Assembly: GCA_052326305.1 (NCBI GenBank)
Contig: JBKQPJ010000017.1
Span: 6,475-70,474 of the forward strand
Source of the DNA: Thermoplasmata archaeon
GTDB lineage: Archaea > Thermoplasmatota > Thermoplasmata > Lutacidiplasmatales > UBA184
DNA: 64,000 nt
Direction of reading: 5' to 3'
Position numbers and translations under genes: made by a program. Under the pieces are notes generated by a model. The model had not been told where the DNA came from and ran no database searches. It saw only the letters and a program-made list of their open reading frames with translations. This document shows positions 9,059-18,672 of this stretch, piece after piece (position 1 is the first letter of the stretch; each line of letters opens with the position of its first letter).

Positions 9059-9631
9059 TCAGCCTTCGGGGCTCCGATCGCCGGGGCTCCCGTTCCGGAA
9101 CGGGGCCGGGGTCGCGGATCCCACCGGGGCCGCCGGGGGCAGCGACTCCTCGGAGGCGCGGCGGGCCCAGTCGATCCACCGGCGCGGCATCTCCCTCAGG
9201 TTGGAGAGGAGCACGAGGATCAGCAGGAGGCCGAACAGGACGGTCGCGAGCCCGAGGTGCGCGATGATCAGCGCCGCCTGGAGGTTGCTCTCGACGACCA
9301 GCCCGCCCAGCAGTGCCTCCGCGACGACGAGCGCGAGCGACGCGAGGCTCAGCCGGAGGAGCACCCGGCGACCCCGCTCGAACGCGAGCCCGAGGAGGGA
9401 GAGGACCAGGACCGAGACCGAGAGGACGAACGCGAAGACCCGGTGGCTCCACTCCACGGCCGCCGGGCCCTGGAAGGCGGGGAGCAGGTTCCCGTTCGGA
9501 TAGCACGTCGGCCAGTGGGGGCATCCGAGCCCGTCCCCGTTCGCCATGACGTTCCCGCCGAGCAGGATCGTGGCGTAGCAGAGCACCGCCGCGAAGAGGG
9601 CGACGATGCGGAACAGGTCGTGGCCCCGCAT
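9059..9631 (-). CDS. ctaA: heme A synthase, short (4-TM) archaeal type
   Basis: 190 aa, four predicted TM helices, a GCPHWPTC cysteine pair in the first loop, and position between coxI and ctaB. Confidence 0.7.
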   Translation of the reverse strand: MRGHDLFRIVALFAAVLCYATILLGGNVMANGDGLGCPHWPTCYPNGNLLPAFQGPAAVEWSHRVFAFVLSVSVLVLSLLGLAFERGRRVLLRLSLASLALVVAEALLGGLVVESNLQAALIIAHLGLATVLFGLLLILVLLSNLREMPRRWIDWARRASEESLPPAAPVGSATPAPFRNGSPGDRSPEG

Positions 9632-9638
9632 CGTCCCG

Positions 9639-11324
9639 TTACGGCGCCTCCGACGACGGGGCGGCGCTCGGCAGCGGGACCGGGGTCCGGGCCGGGACGG
9701 GCGCCGGCCGGGGGGTCGGTCCGGTCATCACCGAGGGAAGCGGCTCCCCCCAGGGGTCGTCCGCGGTCACCGGGGTGCCGGCGAAGTAGGAGTAGACCAT
9801 GTTGAACAGGAAGACGAGCTGGCCGATGCCGAGGATGTACGCCCCGAGCGTCGAGAGGAAATTGAGCGCCTGGAAGTTGCCGCTCCAGAGGTACGTGTAG
9901 ACGCGGCGGGGCATCCCCTCCGCGCCCAGGAGGAACATCGGGAACAAGAGCACGTTCACGCCGACGTAGGTCAGGAGGAAGTGGATCTGCCCGAGCCGCT
10001 GGCTGTACCAGCGGCGGGTGAGGATCGGGAAGTAGAAGTAGATCGCCGCGAAGATCGCCATCAGCGTCCCGCCGAGGATGATGTAGTGGAAGTGGGCCAC
10101 GACGAAGTACGTCCCGTGGTACAGGTAGTCGATCGGGATCGAGGCGAGCATCAGGCCCGAGAGCCCGCCGATGACGAAGCCGGTGATGAACGCCACGCAG
10201 AACCACATCGGCACGGCCATCCATATCCGGCCCCCCCACAGGGTGGCGATCCAGTTGAACGTCTTGACCGCGGACGGCACGGCGATCGCCATCGTCGCGA
10301 GCATGAAGACGAACCGGACGTTCGTCGCGATGCCCGTGACGAACATGTGGTGCTCCCAGACGGCGAACGAGAGGACGGCGAAGACCCCAAGGGAGATCGC
10401 CATCGCCCCGTAGCCGAAGATGTCCTTGCGCGCGAGCTTCGGGAGGATCGTGGAGACGAGCCCGAACGCGGGGAGGACCATGATGTACACCTCGGGGTGC
10501 GCGAAGAACCAGAAGACGTTCTGGTAGAGGAGCGCCCCGCCGAGCGGCGTCCCGTTGGCCGCCGCGAGCATGTGCGTGTGGAGGAGGCGGTCCGACAGGA
10601 TCATCGTGAGGCCGATCGACAGCGACGGGAGGGCGAAGATGAGGAGCACCGAGTTGATCAGCGTCGCCCAGACGAACAGCGGCATGTTCCAGTAATGCAC
10701 GCCCGGCGCGCGGTGCTTCAGGATCGTGACGAGGAAGTTGACCGCCCCGAGCATCGAGGAGATCGTGAGGATGTGCAGCCCGAGGATCCAGAGGTCGATG
10801 CCGTTCCCCGGGGCCTCGACGGAGAGAGGAACGTAGCCGGTCCACCCCGCGTTGGCGTTCGAGAGGATGAGGATGATCCCGGCCGGCGGGAGCATCCAGA
10901 AGGCGATCGCGTTGATCCGGGGGAGGGCCATCTCCCGCGATCCGATCATCGACGGGACGAGGTAGTTCCCGAAACCGGCGAGGGTCGGGATGACGAACAT
11001 GAAGACCATCAGCACCCCGTGCATCGTGAACAGCACGGAGTAGACGTTCGGCGAGATCCCGAGGGTCGTCTGCGGGTCGAGCCCCAGCCCCTGGGCGAGG
11101 CCGAGGTCGGTTCGGATCAGCGTGGCGTAGATCCCGCCGATGAAGAAGAACAGGATCCCGATCCCGATGTACATGAGGCCGATCCGCTTGTGGTCGGTCG
11201 TGAACACCCAGCGCTTCAGCACCGCGAGCAGCCACGGCCCGCGGTAGGCGAGCATCCACAGGACGAAGCCGGCGAACCCGGCGATCAACGCGACCAGCAC
11301 GACGGCCGTCGTCACCGCGCTCAT
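9639..11324 (-). CDS. coxA: heme-copper oxidase subunit I
   Basis: 561 aa, 12+ TM helices, canonical subunit-I histidine ligand motifs (WFFGHPEVY, HHMF...). GGGAGG RBS upstream. Confidence 0.95.
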   Translation of the reverse strand: MSAVTTAVVLVALIAGFAGFVLWMLAYRGPWLLAVLKRWVFTTDHKRIGLMYIGIGILFFFIGGIYATLIRTDLGLAQGLGLDPQTTLGISPNVYSVLFTMHGVLMVFMFVIPTLAGFGNYLVPSMIGSREMALPRINAIAFWMLPPAGIILILSNANAGWTGYVPLSVEAPGNGIDLWILGLHILTISSMLGAVNFLVTILKHRAPGVHYWNMPLFVWATLINSVLLIFALPSLSIGLTMILSDRLLHTHMLAAANGTPLGGALLYQNVFWFFAHPEVYIMVLPAFGLVSTILPKLARKDIFGYGAMAISLGVFAVLSFAVWEHHMFVTGIATNVRFVFMLATMAIAVPSAVKTFNWIATLWGGRIWMAVPMWFCVAFITGFVIGGLSGLMLASIPIDYLYHGTYFVVAHFHYIILGGTLMAIFAAIYFYFPILTRRWYSQRLGQIHFLLTYVGVNVLLFPMFLLGAEGMPRRVYTYLWSGNFQALNFLSTLGAYILGIGQLVFLFNMVYSYFAGTPVTADDPWGEPLPSVMTGPTPRPAPVPARTPVPLPSAAPSSEAP

Positions 11325-11340
11325 CGGGCCCCTCCCGTCG

Positions 11341-11685
11341 TCACGTCAGCAATCCCCCGAGCACGTACGCGATCGCCGCGCCGGCCAGGACCAGGATGAG
11401 GACCTGGAGGAACCGGATCTGGGCCTGCGCGCTCACCGGCCCCGGGGGGGTGGGGACGAACCGCCGGCCGAGCGGCCAGGCGCGGTAGGTGCGGTCGACG
11501 ACGTGGAAGATCGCCGCGGCCATCAACGACATCAGCCCGATCGCGTAGCCGAACGACGTCTGGGCGCCCGGGCTGGTGAGCGGTCCGAGGCGGATCGAGT
11601 ACACCGCGAGCACCGCGATCCCGAGCAGCATCATCGCGACGACCGCCGTGTAGAGGGTCAGCGTCCGATCCCGGAGCGCCGCCAT
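11341..11685 (-). CDS. small integral membrane protein (possible oxidase-associated subunit)
   Basis: Three hydrophobic helices, located between coxI and cytochrome b. ATG at 11685. Confidence 0.45.
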   Translation of the reverse strand: MAALRDRTLTLYTAVVAMMLLGIAVLAVYSIRLGPLTSPGAQTSFGYAIGLMSLMAAAIFHVVDRTYRAWPLGRRFVPTPPGPVSAQAQIRFLQVLILVLAGAAIAYVLGGLLT

Positions 11686-11689
11686 ATCG

Positions 11690-11956
11690 CTATTCAAACA
11701 GCTCCACCCTCCTTCCGGTCGCCCCGCGGTACCGATCGACCCGGTACAGGATCCCCAGCGTGAACAGGCAGGAGAGGACCGCCGCGATCCCCCCGATCGC
11801 GACGAACAGGAGGTCCAGCGGTTCGCCGGCCGCGACCCCGAGCACGCCGTAGACGAAGGTCGCCGCCCCCGCCGAGCCGACGATCACGAACCCGGCGAGG
11901 ATCCCCCAGAGGACCCCGGTCTTCCATTGGGGCCGGTCCGCCCGGGGTTCAGTCAT
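11690..11956 (-). CDS. small integral membrane protein (2 TM)
   Basis: ATGA overlap with the cytochrome b stop; strongly hydrophobic. Confidence 0.45.
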   Translation of the reverse strand: MTEPRADRPQWKTGVLWGILAGFVIVGSAGAATFVYGVLGVAAGEPLDLLFVAIGGIAAVLSCLFTLGILYRVDRYRGATGRRVELFE

Positions 11957-13298
11957 GGGGCCTCCGCTCGGGGACGCCGGGAGGGGAGGGGGAGCCTGCG
12001 GACGGGGGGCGGTAGACCCCCTCGAACGCGTGCGGCCGGGCGGCGATCCGCCGGCGGTAGCTGCGCACGTACCTCCAGTGGAAGAGCGCGACGGCCAGCC
12101 CGTTCACGAGGAAGATCGGTCCGAGCGTTTGGGCGACGACCATCGGCGCTACCTGGACCCCGGGGGTCTCGCCCCCCCAGACGGTCATCAGGATAAGGAA
12201 GCCGAGCAGGGAGGTCGCGATCCAGATGAACAGCGGGCGGTCGCGCGGATGGGTGCGCTTCGACCGGTCGAGGAACGGCAGGAACAGCACGTACGCGATG
12301 AGGGCCGTCGTCGCGCCGACAGCGATGAGGGGCGTCACCCCCTGGAAGTCGACCAGCTTGAACACCCAGAGGAAGTACCAGTCGGGCTCGGTCACGCCGG
12401 GCGAGACGCCGAGGTTGCCGACGTACGTCGGGAGCTGCCACGGCCAGAGCGCGGCGATGCCGAAGAGGACCCCCGTGTAGAGGAGGCCCCATTTCGCCAT
12501 GTAGAACAGGATGTGCGGCATGAACGGCACGTGGCTGCGGTCGTCCTTCTCGGTGAACCGTCGCCGCTGGGCCGGGTCGGAGGTGGCCGGCGGCGCGATC
12601 CCGTGCGATTCGAACAGGGCGATGTGGGCGTAGAGGAGGGCCCCGAGCGCGATCGGGATCAGGAGCACGTGGGCGTCGAACATCCGGGAAAGGAGCCCCT
12701 GGGTGGTCCCGTCCCCCTGGACGAACGGGCCGAGCAGGGGCCCGAAGGTCGGCAGACGGAGCGCGAGCACCAGGCCGACGTTCGTCGCGTTGTAGGAGAG
12801 CTGCGTGTAGGGAAGGAGGTAGCCGGTGAACCCCATCCCGAGGGTGAAGACCATCAGGAGCGTGCCGACCATCCACGAGAACTCGCGGGGGGCCTTGTAG
12901 ACGCCGAGGTAGTAGCCCCGGAAGAAGTGGACGAACATGAGGAAGATCATCGCGTAGGCGCCGTACAGATGGGTCGAGAGCAGGAGGGCGCCCATCGGCA
13001 CCGAGTGCAGGAGGTAGTACGTCGAGCACCAGGCGGCGGGCGCCGCGGAGAGCGCTCCGACCGGTTGGCCGCAGGGGGTAAGCGTGGGCAGGGTGCTCGG
13101 CTGGTAGTAGAGGAGGAGGAGGGCCCCCGAGACGACCTGGTAGAGGAAGGCGTTCACGACGAACGCCCCGGTCCAGTACGACGGCTTGAACGTGAACTCG
13201 GGTTGGGGCCGTAGCGCCCACTTGCGCATCGCCGTGCGGTCCTCGACGAACCCCCAGAGGCGGTTGAGGGTCCGGTTGTACCATCGAGAGAACGTCAC
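11949..13298 (-). CDS. cytochrome b of a bc-type complex
   Basis: HSVPMGALLL ... HLYGAYAMIFLMFVHFFRGYYLG bis-histidine heme motifs; 449 aa. GTG start 17 nt after the Rieske stop. Confidence 0.9.
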   Translation of the reverse strand: MTFSRWYNRTLNRLWGFVEDRTAMRKWALRPQPEFTFKPSYWTGAFVVNAFLYQVVSGALLLLYYQPSTLPTLTPCGQPVGALSAAPAAWCSTYYLLHSVPMGALLLSTHLYGAYAMIFLMFVHFFRGYYLGVYKAPREFSWMVGTLLMVFTLGMGFTGYLLPYTQLSYNATNVGLVLALRLPTFGPLLGPFVQGDGTTQGLLSRMFDAHVLLIPIALGALLYAHIALFESHGIAPPATSDPAQRRRFTEKDDRSHVPFMPHILFYMAKWGLLYTGVLFGIAALWPWQLPTYVGNLGVSPGVTEPDWYFLWVFKLVDFQGVTPLIAVGATTALIAYVLFLPFLDRSKRTHPRDRPLFIWIATSLLGFLILMTVWGGETPGVQVAPMVVAQTLGPIFLVNGLAVALFHWRYVRSYRRRIAARPHAFEGVYRPPSAGSPSPPGVPERRPHD

Positions 13299-13314
13299 CG
13301 ATGAACCGCTCCTG

Positions 13315-14013
13315 CTAGAGGAAATTGCAGAGGTGGACCGGCGACTCGGTCGCCAGCTGGCTCGTGTTCCCCACTCCGTAATCGCCCTGCAGCGTGTTGA
13401 GGTGCCCGTTCACGGGCGGACCGACCACGTTCGTCGCGAAGACCTGGTTGGCCTGTGGGCCGGTGGTGTAGGGCGCGGTCAGGATGACCTGGGGCAACGG
13501 CAGGACCGCCGGTCCGGTAAGGTTCGAGGCGCGGTTCGCGACGTCGTAGGTCGAGCCATGGCAGGAGCAGTGGATGTAGAAGTTCTTCCCGCCGGGCGAG
13601 TCGTCCTGGCACGTCCCGGGGGGGTAGTACGCGATCGCCGGCGCCGGGCACCCGAGGTGCTGGCAGATCGCGCTGAACGCGACGATCGAGCCGTACGGCC
13701 CAATGCCTCCGGGAACGTAGTCCTGGACCTCGTGGAGGTTCAGGAGGAAGTTCGGCTCGTTCCGCAGCGGATAGTTGAAGAGGTACAGCTCCGAGGTCTT
13801 GCCGTTGATCCCGGTGTTCGGGTCGAGCGAGCCCTTGCCGATCGTGAGGGGGCTGCCGTCGAGGTCGAGCAGGAGGACCGTGGGGTAACTCGACAGGCCG
13901 ACCGCCGGCGGCTGCACGTACTGGAGCGCTCCGCCCACGGCCCCCCCGGCGCCGATCCCGAGCACGCCGGCCACGGCCGCGAGCTTCAGGATGTTGCGTT
14001 TCGTCTCATCCAC
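13315..14013 (-). CDS. Rieske [2Fe-2S] iron-sulfur protein (Tat substrate)
   Basis: Box I CQHLGCP and Box II CSCHGS. A KR-type twin-arginine signal (TKRNILKLAAVAG). The ORF is open to 14235, but a GTG at 14013 gives a typical length. Confidence 0.8.
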   Translation of the reverse strand: MDETKRNILKLAAVAGVLGIGAGGAVGGALQYVQPPAVGLSSYPTVLLLDLDGSPLTIGKGSLDPNTGINGKTSELYLFNYPLRNEPNFLLNLHEVQDYVPGGIGPYGSIVAFSAICQHLGCPAPAIAYYPPGTCQDDSPGGKNFYIHCSCHGSTYDVANRASNLTGPAVLPLPQVILTAPYTTGPQANQVFATNVVGPPVNGHLNTLQGDYGVGNTSQLATESPVHLCNFL

Positions 14014-14123
14014 CTCCCCGTCGGCGGCGGCGACGCGACGGACCTGGCCGATCGGCAGTTCGAGCGCCGCCTCGCGTCGGGGCGGGAACGGGCACGCGTC
14101 GGTCCCGCAGAGCTCGGGGAACG

Positions 14124-14309
14124 TCAGAGGGTCCTCCCCCGGGTGTCCGGCCGGGCGTCGTCGGCCTCCCCGGGCGGTGGGATTGTCGCCTCGCCCGGGA
14201 GCTCGGCGTTCTCGCTCCCGTAGTAGACGCCCCACGTGATGCCGATCCCCATCAGAAGGACGAGGACCTCGGTCAGCGTCACGATCTGGTCGGGGGAGAG
14301 CGCGCTCAT
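14124..14309 (-). CDS. hypothetical single-TM protein (61 aa)
   Basis: Track ORF with one hydrophobic helix, between tatA2 and Rieske. Confidence 0.3.
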   Translation of the reverse strand: MSALSPDQIVTLTEVLVLLMGIGITWGVYYGSENAELPGEATIPPPGEADDARPDTRGRTL

Positions 14310-14686
14310 CGGAACTCCTCCGTCGGCGGGACCCCGCCAGTGACCGACCAGCTGAGGATCGGCGAACCGCCGGTCCAGGGCACGCCCGGGGGCGGCGGGA
14401 GGCGGGGGAGCGCGGCCGGAGGCACCGTCACGGCCGCCGGGATGGCACTCGCGCGGGCGACCGCGGGGTCCAGTCCGAGCAGCGCGGATCGCAGGCTCGG
14501 CGCTCCATTACCGATCGGCAGGTCGGCCGCCTTCGACACCTCCGAGAGCAGGTCCTGCTTCAGCCGGATCGCGCGGCCGTACCATCGCCCCAGCGTCCGC
14601 ACCACCTGGGCGTTCTCCCGGCCGAACAGGAGGAACGCCGCGACGACCGCGATGATCATCCAGTCGATGTCGGAGAACATCCCCAT
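14306..14686 (-). CDS. tatA: Sec-independent translocase TatA/TatB-family protein
   Basis: N-terminal TM helix followed by a FGRENAQVVRTLGRWYGRAIRLKQD amphipathic helix. Confidence 0.6.
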   Translation of the reverse strand: MGMFSDIDWMIIAVVAAFLLFGRENAQVVRTLGRWYGRAIRLKQDLLSEVSKAADLPIGNGAPSLRSALLGLDPAVARASAIPAAVTVPPAALPRLPPPPGVPWTGGSPILSWSVTGGVPPTEEFR

Positions 14687-14690
14687 CAGC

Positions 14691-15524
14691 TCACCCCGCT
14701 CCCGCGGCGAGCCCCGGCTTCGCGCGGGCGTTCGAGCGGCGCTCCCAGCGGGCGGCGAAGTACGCCCCGCCGAGGTAGAGCGCCATCATCGGCGCCGCGA
14801 TCAGGAGCATCGTGATGCCCGAGTTGTCCGGGGTCACGATCATGCCGAAGATGAGGGACCCGAGGATCGCCCCCCGCCAATGCTTGCGCCAGGCCCCGGC
14901 CCGGACGACCCCGAGGCGGGTCAGGCCGTAGATGAAGACCGGCAGCTCGAAGACGACGCCGAAGGCGAGCGAGTAGAGCAGGGCGAACGTGACGAACGAC
15001 TGGACGCCGAGCACGGGGTCGAGCCCCATCGCCGCCACGTACAGGAACAGGAGCCGGAAGGTGAACGGGGTCAGGAAGAACACGCCGATCGCCGTGCCGA
15101 GGGCGAAGAGCGCCGTCGCCGGTAGGCCGATCTGGCGCAGCAGCATCCGCTCGTTCCGGCGGAGGGCGGGGACGAGGAACGCGGCGACCTCGTGGACGAT
15201 CCACGGCATTCCGAGGATGAGGGTGAGCAGGAGCCCGATCTCCATCTGGACCACGATCGAATCCGCGACCCCGACGTTCAACAGCGTGATCCCGGGCGGG
15301 AGCATCCAGGCGACCATGGCGCGGAACACCTGCGCCGTGATGTTGTAGAACGGGTTCGGCCAGGGGTAGGCGAGCGGGATCCTCCACCCGTCGACCGTGA
15401 CGTGGAACGGCACCAGCCGCACGAGGATGAGCGCGCCGAAGAGCGGGCCGAGCACCAGCGCGACGCGGACGAGCCGTCGCCGGGCCTCGGAGACGACCGC
15501 AAGGATCCGGTCGAGGTCGCCCAT
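14691..15524 (-). CDS. tatC: Sec-independent translocase TatC
   Basis: 277 aa, 6 TM helices, TatC-like loops. Confidence 0.9.
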   Translation of the reverse strand: MGDLDRILAVVSEARRRLVRVALVLGPLFGALILVRLVPFHVTVDGWRIPLAYPWPNPFYNITAQVFRAMVAWMLPPGITLLNVGVADSIVVQMEIGLLLTLILGMPWIVHEVAAFLVPALRRNERMLLRQIGLPATALFALGTAIGVFFLTPFTFRLLFLYVAAMGLDPVLGVQSFVTFALLYSLAFGVVFELPVFIYGLTRLGVVRAGAWRKHWRGAILGSLIFGMIVTPDNSGITMLLIAAPMMALYLGGAYFAARWERRSNARAKPGLAAGAG

Positions 15525-15630
15525 CGTTCCCTACCGGTCCGGTCCGAAACCCGTCAGGACGGACCGTGGCAAGACCTGTCGGTCGCCGAAACGTTCCTCC
15601 GTCTCCCATGCCGGCGTAGGACCGTCCGTC

Positions 15631-15837
15631 CTAGCGCGGTGCGGTCGACGAGGGGGCTCCGGGGGATGGTGCGGTCTGCTCGGCCTTCAGCTCGCGCTCG
15701 ACCTCGAGACGGCCCTTCTTGAACTCCCCGACGGACCGACCGAGGCTATGGGCGAGCTGGGGAATCTTGCTGGACCCATAGAATAGGATTCCAGCCACTA
15801 CGGCGATGATCAGCCAGTCGTCGATGGAGTCGAACAC
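15631..15837 (-). CDS. tatA: Sec-independent translocase TatA
   Basis: IIAVVAGILFYGSSKIPQLAHSLGRSVGEFKKG. GTG at 15837 preceded by GAGGAGA; the track ORF extends to 15909. Confidence 0.65.
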   Translation of the reverse strand: MFDSIDDWLIIAVVAGILFYGSSKIPQLAHSLGRSVGEFKKGRLEVERELKAEQTAPSPGAPSSTAPR

Positions 15838-15954
15838 CGTTCTCCTCGACCGTCTCACTCGGGAACCGCCGATATGACGTTCGTACGGTGCGACCCAACC
15901 CGTACGCACGGTCCGTATCTGGGGCGGATAAAGGGTCGATCGCGGCCGGGCATC

Positions 15955-16998
15955 TCAGGCGAGCTCGGTCAACACGGATTCGCTGCCCGACGCGACGGCC
16001 CGGTCGATCGCGAGCTCGGCGAGCAGCGAGAGGCAGGTCCCGGAGCGCTTGAGGAGGTACGACGTGGCCCGGTTCCGGCCCGAGCGGGCGCTCAGCGCCG
16101 TGGCAACGGCCGCCAGCGCCGAGCCGTTCCCGACGCGGTCACCCTGTTGGTAGACCTCGCAGGCGTGGTCGAGGGAGGGATGCATGACGGAGTCGACCAC
16201 CGCCTTGAGCTGGCCCTTGACATCGGGGATGATCTCCGCCAGTCCCGCGGCGGCGTCGATCGACAGGCGGGGCGCCTCCTCGTTCAGCGTCGCCAGCGCC
16301 TCGCCGAAGAGCGCTGCGAGCTCCTCGAGGGAATGGACCACGACCCGCCATTCGAGCAGCTGGCGGGGGTCGGGGCTGCCGATCCGTCGGGCGAGCGACC
16401 AGTCGCGGCTCGCGAGGAACAGCTGTCGCACGAGCAGGGCGAGCACCTTGTTCGCCTCCTCCTCGAGGGTCGGAAGCCGACGGCTGCGCCCCTTGCGCCG
16501 GGCGACCTCCTCCATCTCCTCGAGGAAGGCGACCAGGATCATCTTCATGCGCTGGACCAGCTGGGGAAGGCCGTACTTCGACGGGTCGATGAAGTTCTGG
16601 AGCACGACCCGGTTGGGCTCCTGCGCGACCACGGAAACGCCGAGGAGCCCCCGGGCGGCCTGGAGCAGCTCCTCGAGACGATCCGGGGCGAGCGGCACGT
16701 CGGTGCGGACCTCGATCGAGTCGTGCCCGACCCGGTAGGCGCCGACGATCAAGCGCTCGAGCAGCCCCGGCGTCTCGATCGACCGCGCCTGGACGAGGAA
16801 CGGAGTGGTGACCCCCGGGGCTCCGGGCGCCGGGGCGGGTTTCAGGTACAGCGTCCCGTCATCGTTCTGGTCGAAGACGACGAGATCCCCGGGATGGAGG
16901 TTCATCGCCTCGGCCCACGGCTTGGGGAGGGTGACCGCGATCGACGAATGGCCGGCCTTCAAGACTCTACGCTCCCGACTCGGGGTTCCCCACGCCAT
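15955..16998 (-). CDS. PhoU-family regulator with N-terminal AbrB/SpoVT domain
   Basis: N-terminus VLKAGHSSIAVTLPKPWAEAMNLHPGDLVVF (SpoVT/AbrB swapped hairpin), followed by PhoU-like helical repeats. Confidence 0.65.
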   Translation of the reverse strand: MAWGTPSRERRVLKAGHSSIAVTLPKPWAEAMNLHPGDLVVFDQNDDGTLYLKPAPAPGAPGVTTPFLVQARSIETPGLLERLIVGAYRVGHDSIEVRTDVPLAPDRLEELLQAARGLLGVSVVAQEPNRVVLQNFIDPSKYGLPQLVQRMKMILVAFLEEMEEVARRKGRSRRLPTLEEEANKVLALLVRQLFLASRDWSLARRIGSPDPRQLLEWRVVVHSLEELAALFGEALATLNEEAPRLSIDAAAGLAEIIPDVKGQLKAVVDSVMHPSLDHACEVYQQGDRVGNGSALAAVATALSARSGRNRATSYLLKRSGTCLSLLAELAIDRAVASGSESVLTELA

Positions 16999-17086
16999 CG
17001 ATCCGCTCTGAACCTACTACGGGTTCCGTAGGCTGTAGGGCGGGGGGGTCTTGAACGTTTCGTCGGCGGCGGGAGGGCGGGGCGGC

Positions 17087-17806
17087 TCAGGCGGTCGGCG
17101 GGGAAGTCGGCGGTTTGCCGGCCGGCGGAGCGCCCGGTTCGGCGTAGCCGAGCCGCTCGGGAGGCATCTCGTGCTTCGCCCCCTCCCGCCGCCCGACCAC
17201 GAACCCGGCGACGATGGCGATCACGGTCAGGGTGACGATCGTCCCGACGATGATGAAGACGGCCAGCCCCGGCCCCGGGGCCGAGGAGGAGGGGACGAGA
17301 TAGGCCGGGACGGTCGTGTTGAAGGCGATGAAGCCGTACATCCCGGCGGCGAAGTGGCCCGATTCGGTGCAGACGAACTCGTACCAGCCGGGTTTCGATG
17401 GGGCCGTGAAGCTCCGGGTGAGGGAGGATTTGGCCGCGGGGACGATGTTCGCGAGGGGCGGGAGGGCGCACGTCGAACCGGTCCCGTTGATGAATTGCTG
17501 GGGGGTATCGGTCGACGGTATCGAGACGTTCGCGCACCCTAGGATGGTGAACGTATGGATCCCGCCGTTCGTGTCGCCGTTGATGAACTTGAGCGAGATG
17601 GAGACACTCTCGGGCACCCCGTTGATCACGTTCGGGGTGAACCCGAAGGTGCTCGTCGCCGTGACGGTCACGGACGTCGAGGTGTCCACGATCTCGGACG
17701 ACGCCCGGGCCTCCCGGACGACATCGTTGCCTGCCAGTCCCGCGAAGAGGACCAGAAGGAGGATGCCTACCGCCACGGCGGTGCGTCCGGCTCGCTTCAC
17801 TCCCAT
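17087..17806 (-). CDS. membrane-anchored type-1 blue copper protein (sulfocyanin/halocyanin-like cupredoxin)
   Basis: Cu site CTESGHFAAGMYG with upstream GGIHTF His. An N-terminal signal/anchor (ATG verified at 17806) and a C-terminal TM helix; several N-x-S/T sequons. Confidence 0.8.
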   Translation of the reverse strand: MGVKRAGRTAVAVGILLLVLFAGLAGNDVVREARASSEIVDTSTSVTVTATSTFGFTPNVINGVPESVSISLKFINGDTNGGIHTFTILGCANVSIPSTDTPQQFINGTGSTCALPPLANIVPAAKSSLTRSFTAPSKPGWYEFVCTESGHFAAGMYGFIAFNTTVPAYLVPSSSAPGPGLAVFIIVGTIVTLTVIAIVAGFVVGRREGAKHEMPPERLGYAEPGAPPAGKPPTSPPTA

Positions 17807-17941
17807 CCTGTCCGGGGAGCTCCCCCGGCCGCCCCTCGCAGACCGGGTGCGGTTCAAACCCCCTCCGTACGTACCCGTTCGCCCGTATCCGGGGCCCGGG
17901 AGGGCAAAACCGTACGAACGCGGGGGATATGTAGGGCCGTA

Positions 17942-18184
17942 GTGCACGACCCCATCGTGGACGGGTCCAGAACGTCGGGGACGCGGACGATCCCCCTGGC
18001 GTTCGGCTCCTTCGGGGCGGTCGGGTCCGGGACGGCCGGTGCGACGAACCTTCAGCTCACCCAGCCCCTGCTCTGGGCGATGATCGCGATCAGCACCGCC
18101 GGAGCGATCGTGACGTTCGCCTTCCTCGTCTACGCCCTCTGGCGCTACCGGGATCCGGCGGTGCGGAGGCGACGTTATGGTTAA
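17942..18184 (+). CDS. cytochrome oxidase subunit II N-terminal fragment (TM1 + basic cytoplasmic loop); split gene or frameshift
   Basis: Hydrophobic helix LLWAMIAISTAGAIVTFAFLVYALW followed by RYRDPAVRRRRYG. It ends with a TAA that overlaps the ATG of the next ORF (ATGGTTAA). Confidence 0.45.
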   Translation: MHDPIVDGSRTSGTRTIPLAFGSFGAVGSGTAGATNLQLTQPLLWAMIAISTAGAIVTFAFLVYALWRYRDPAVRRRRYG

Positions 18185-18635
18185 CAAGCTCGAGGTCGCC
18201 TGGACCCTCACGGTCGTCGCCCTGATCACCGGGGTCGGCGTGTACTCCACGGTCCTGCTCTACAAGATCGACGCGCTCACACCGAACCCGGCCGAGTACG
18301 TCGAGGTGACCGGCCACCAGTGGTACTGGGAGTTCTGCTACTCGAACAAGACCTGCTTCAACTCGAACTACAACGCCGCCACCGGCCAGACCACCGGCGG
18401 GGCGTTATGGGCGACCCCCGGTTCGGTGATCCAGGTCAACGTCACCGGCGCCGACGTGATCCATTCGTTCAACATCCCGCAGCTCGGCATCCGGATCGAT
18501 GCGATCCCGGACCGGGTGAACACGATCGACATCCAGATCCCGAACGCTCCGGTGGGCACGGAGTACGCGATCCAGTGCACGGAGTTCTGCGGGACGTTCC
18601 ACGGCACGATGCGCTCGGAGCTCGTGCTGACGTAA
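18177..18635 (+). CDS. coxB: cytochrome oxidase subunit II (TM2 + CuA cupredoxin domain)
   Basis: GHQWYWEF aromatic motif and CuA ligands H...CTEFCGTFHGTM. Confidence 0.9.
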   Translation: MVNKLEVAWTLTVVALITGVGVYSTVLLYKIDALTPNPAEYVEVTGHQWYWEFCYSNKTCFNSNYNAATGQTTGGALWATPGSVIQVNVTGADVIHSFNIPQLGIRIDAIPDRVNTIDIQIPNAPVGTEYAIQCTEFCGTFHGTMRSELVLT

Positions 18636-18672
18636 GGCGCCCGAGCTCCCCCGGCGGAGGGGCCGGTCCGGT

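Noticed and set aside
9349-11399. Two ORFs of about 600-640 aa (both strands) overlapping coxI
   Set aside because: Extreme R/D/E/P/G composition and complete overlap with the unambiguous heme-copper oxidase subunit I frame.
11953-13284. Two ORFs of about 420-440 aa (both strands) overlapping cytochrome b
   Set aside because: Same shadow-ORF pattern; the cytochrome b frame has the diagnostic heme-ligand motifs.
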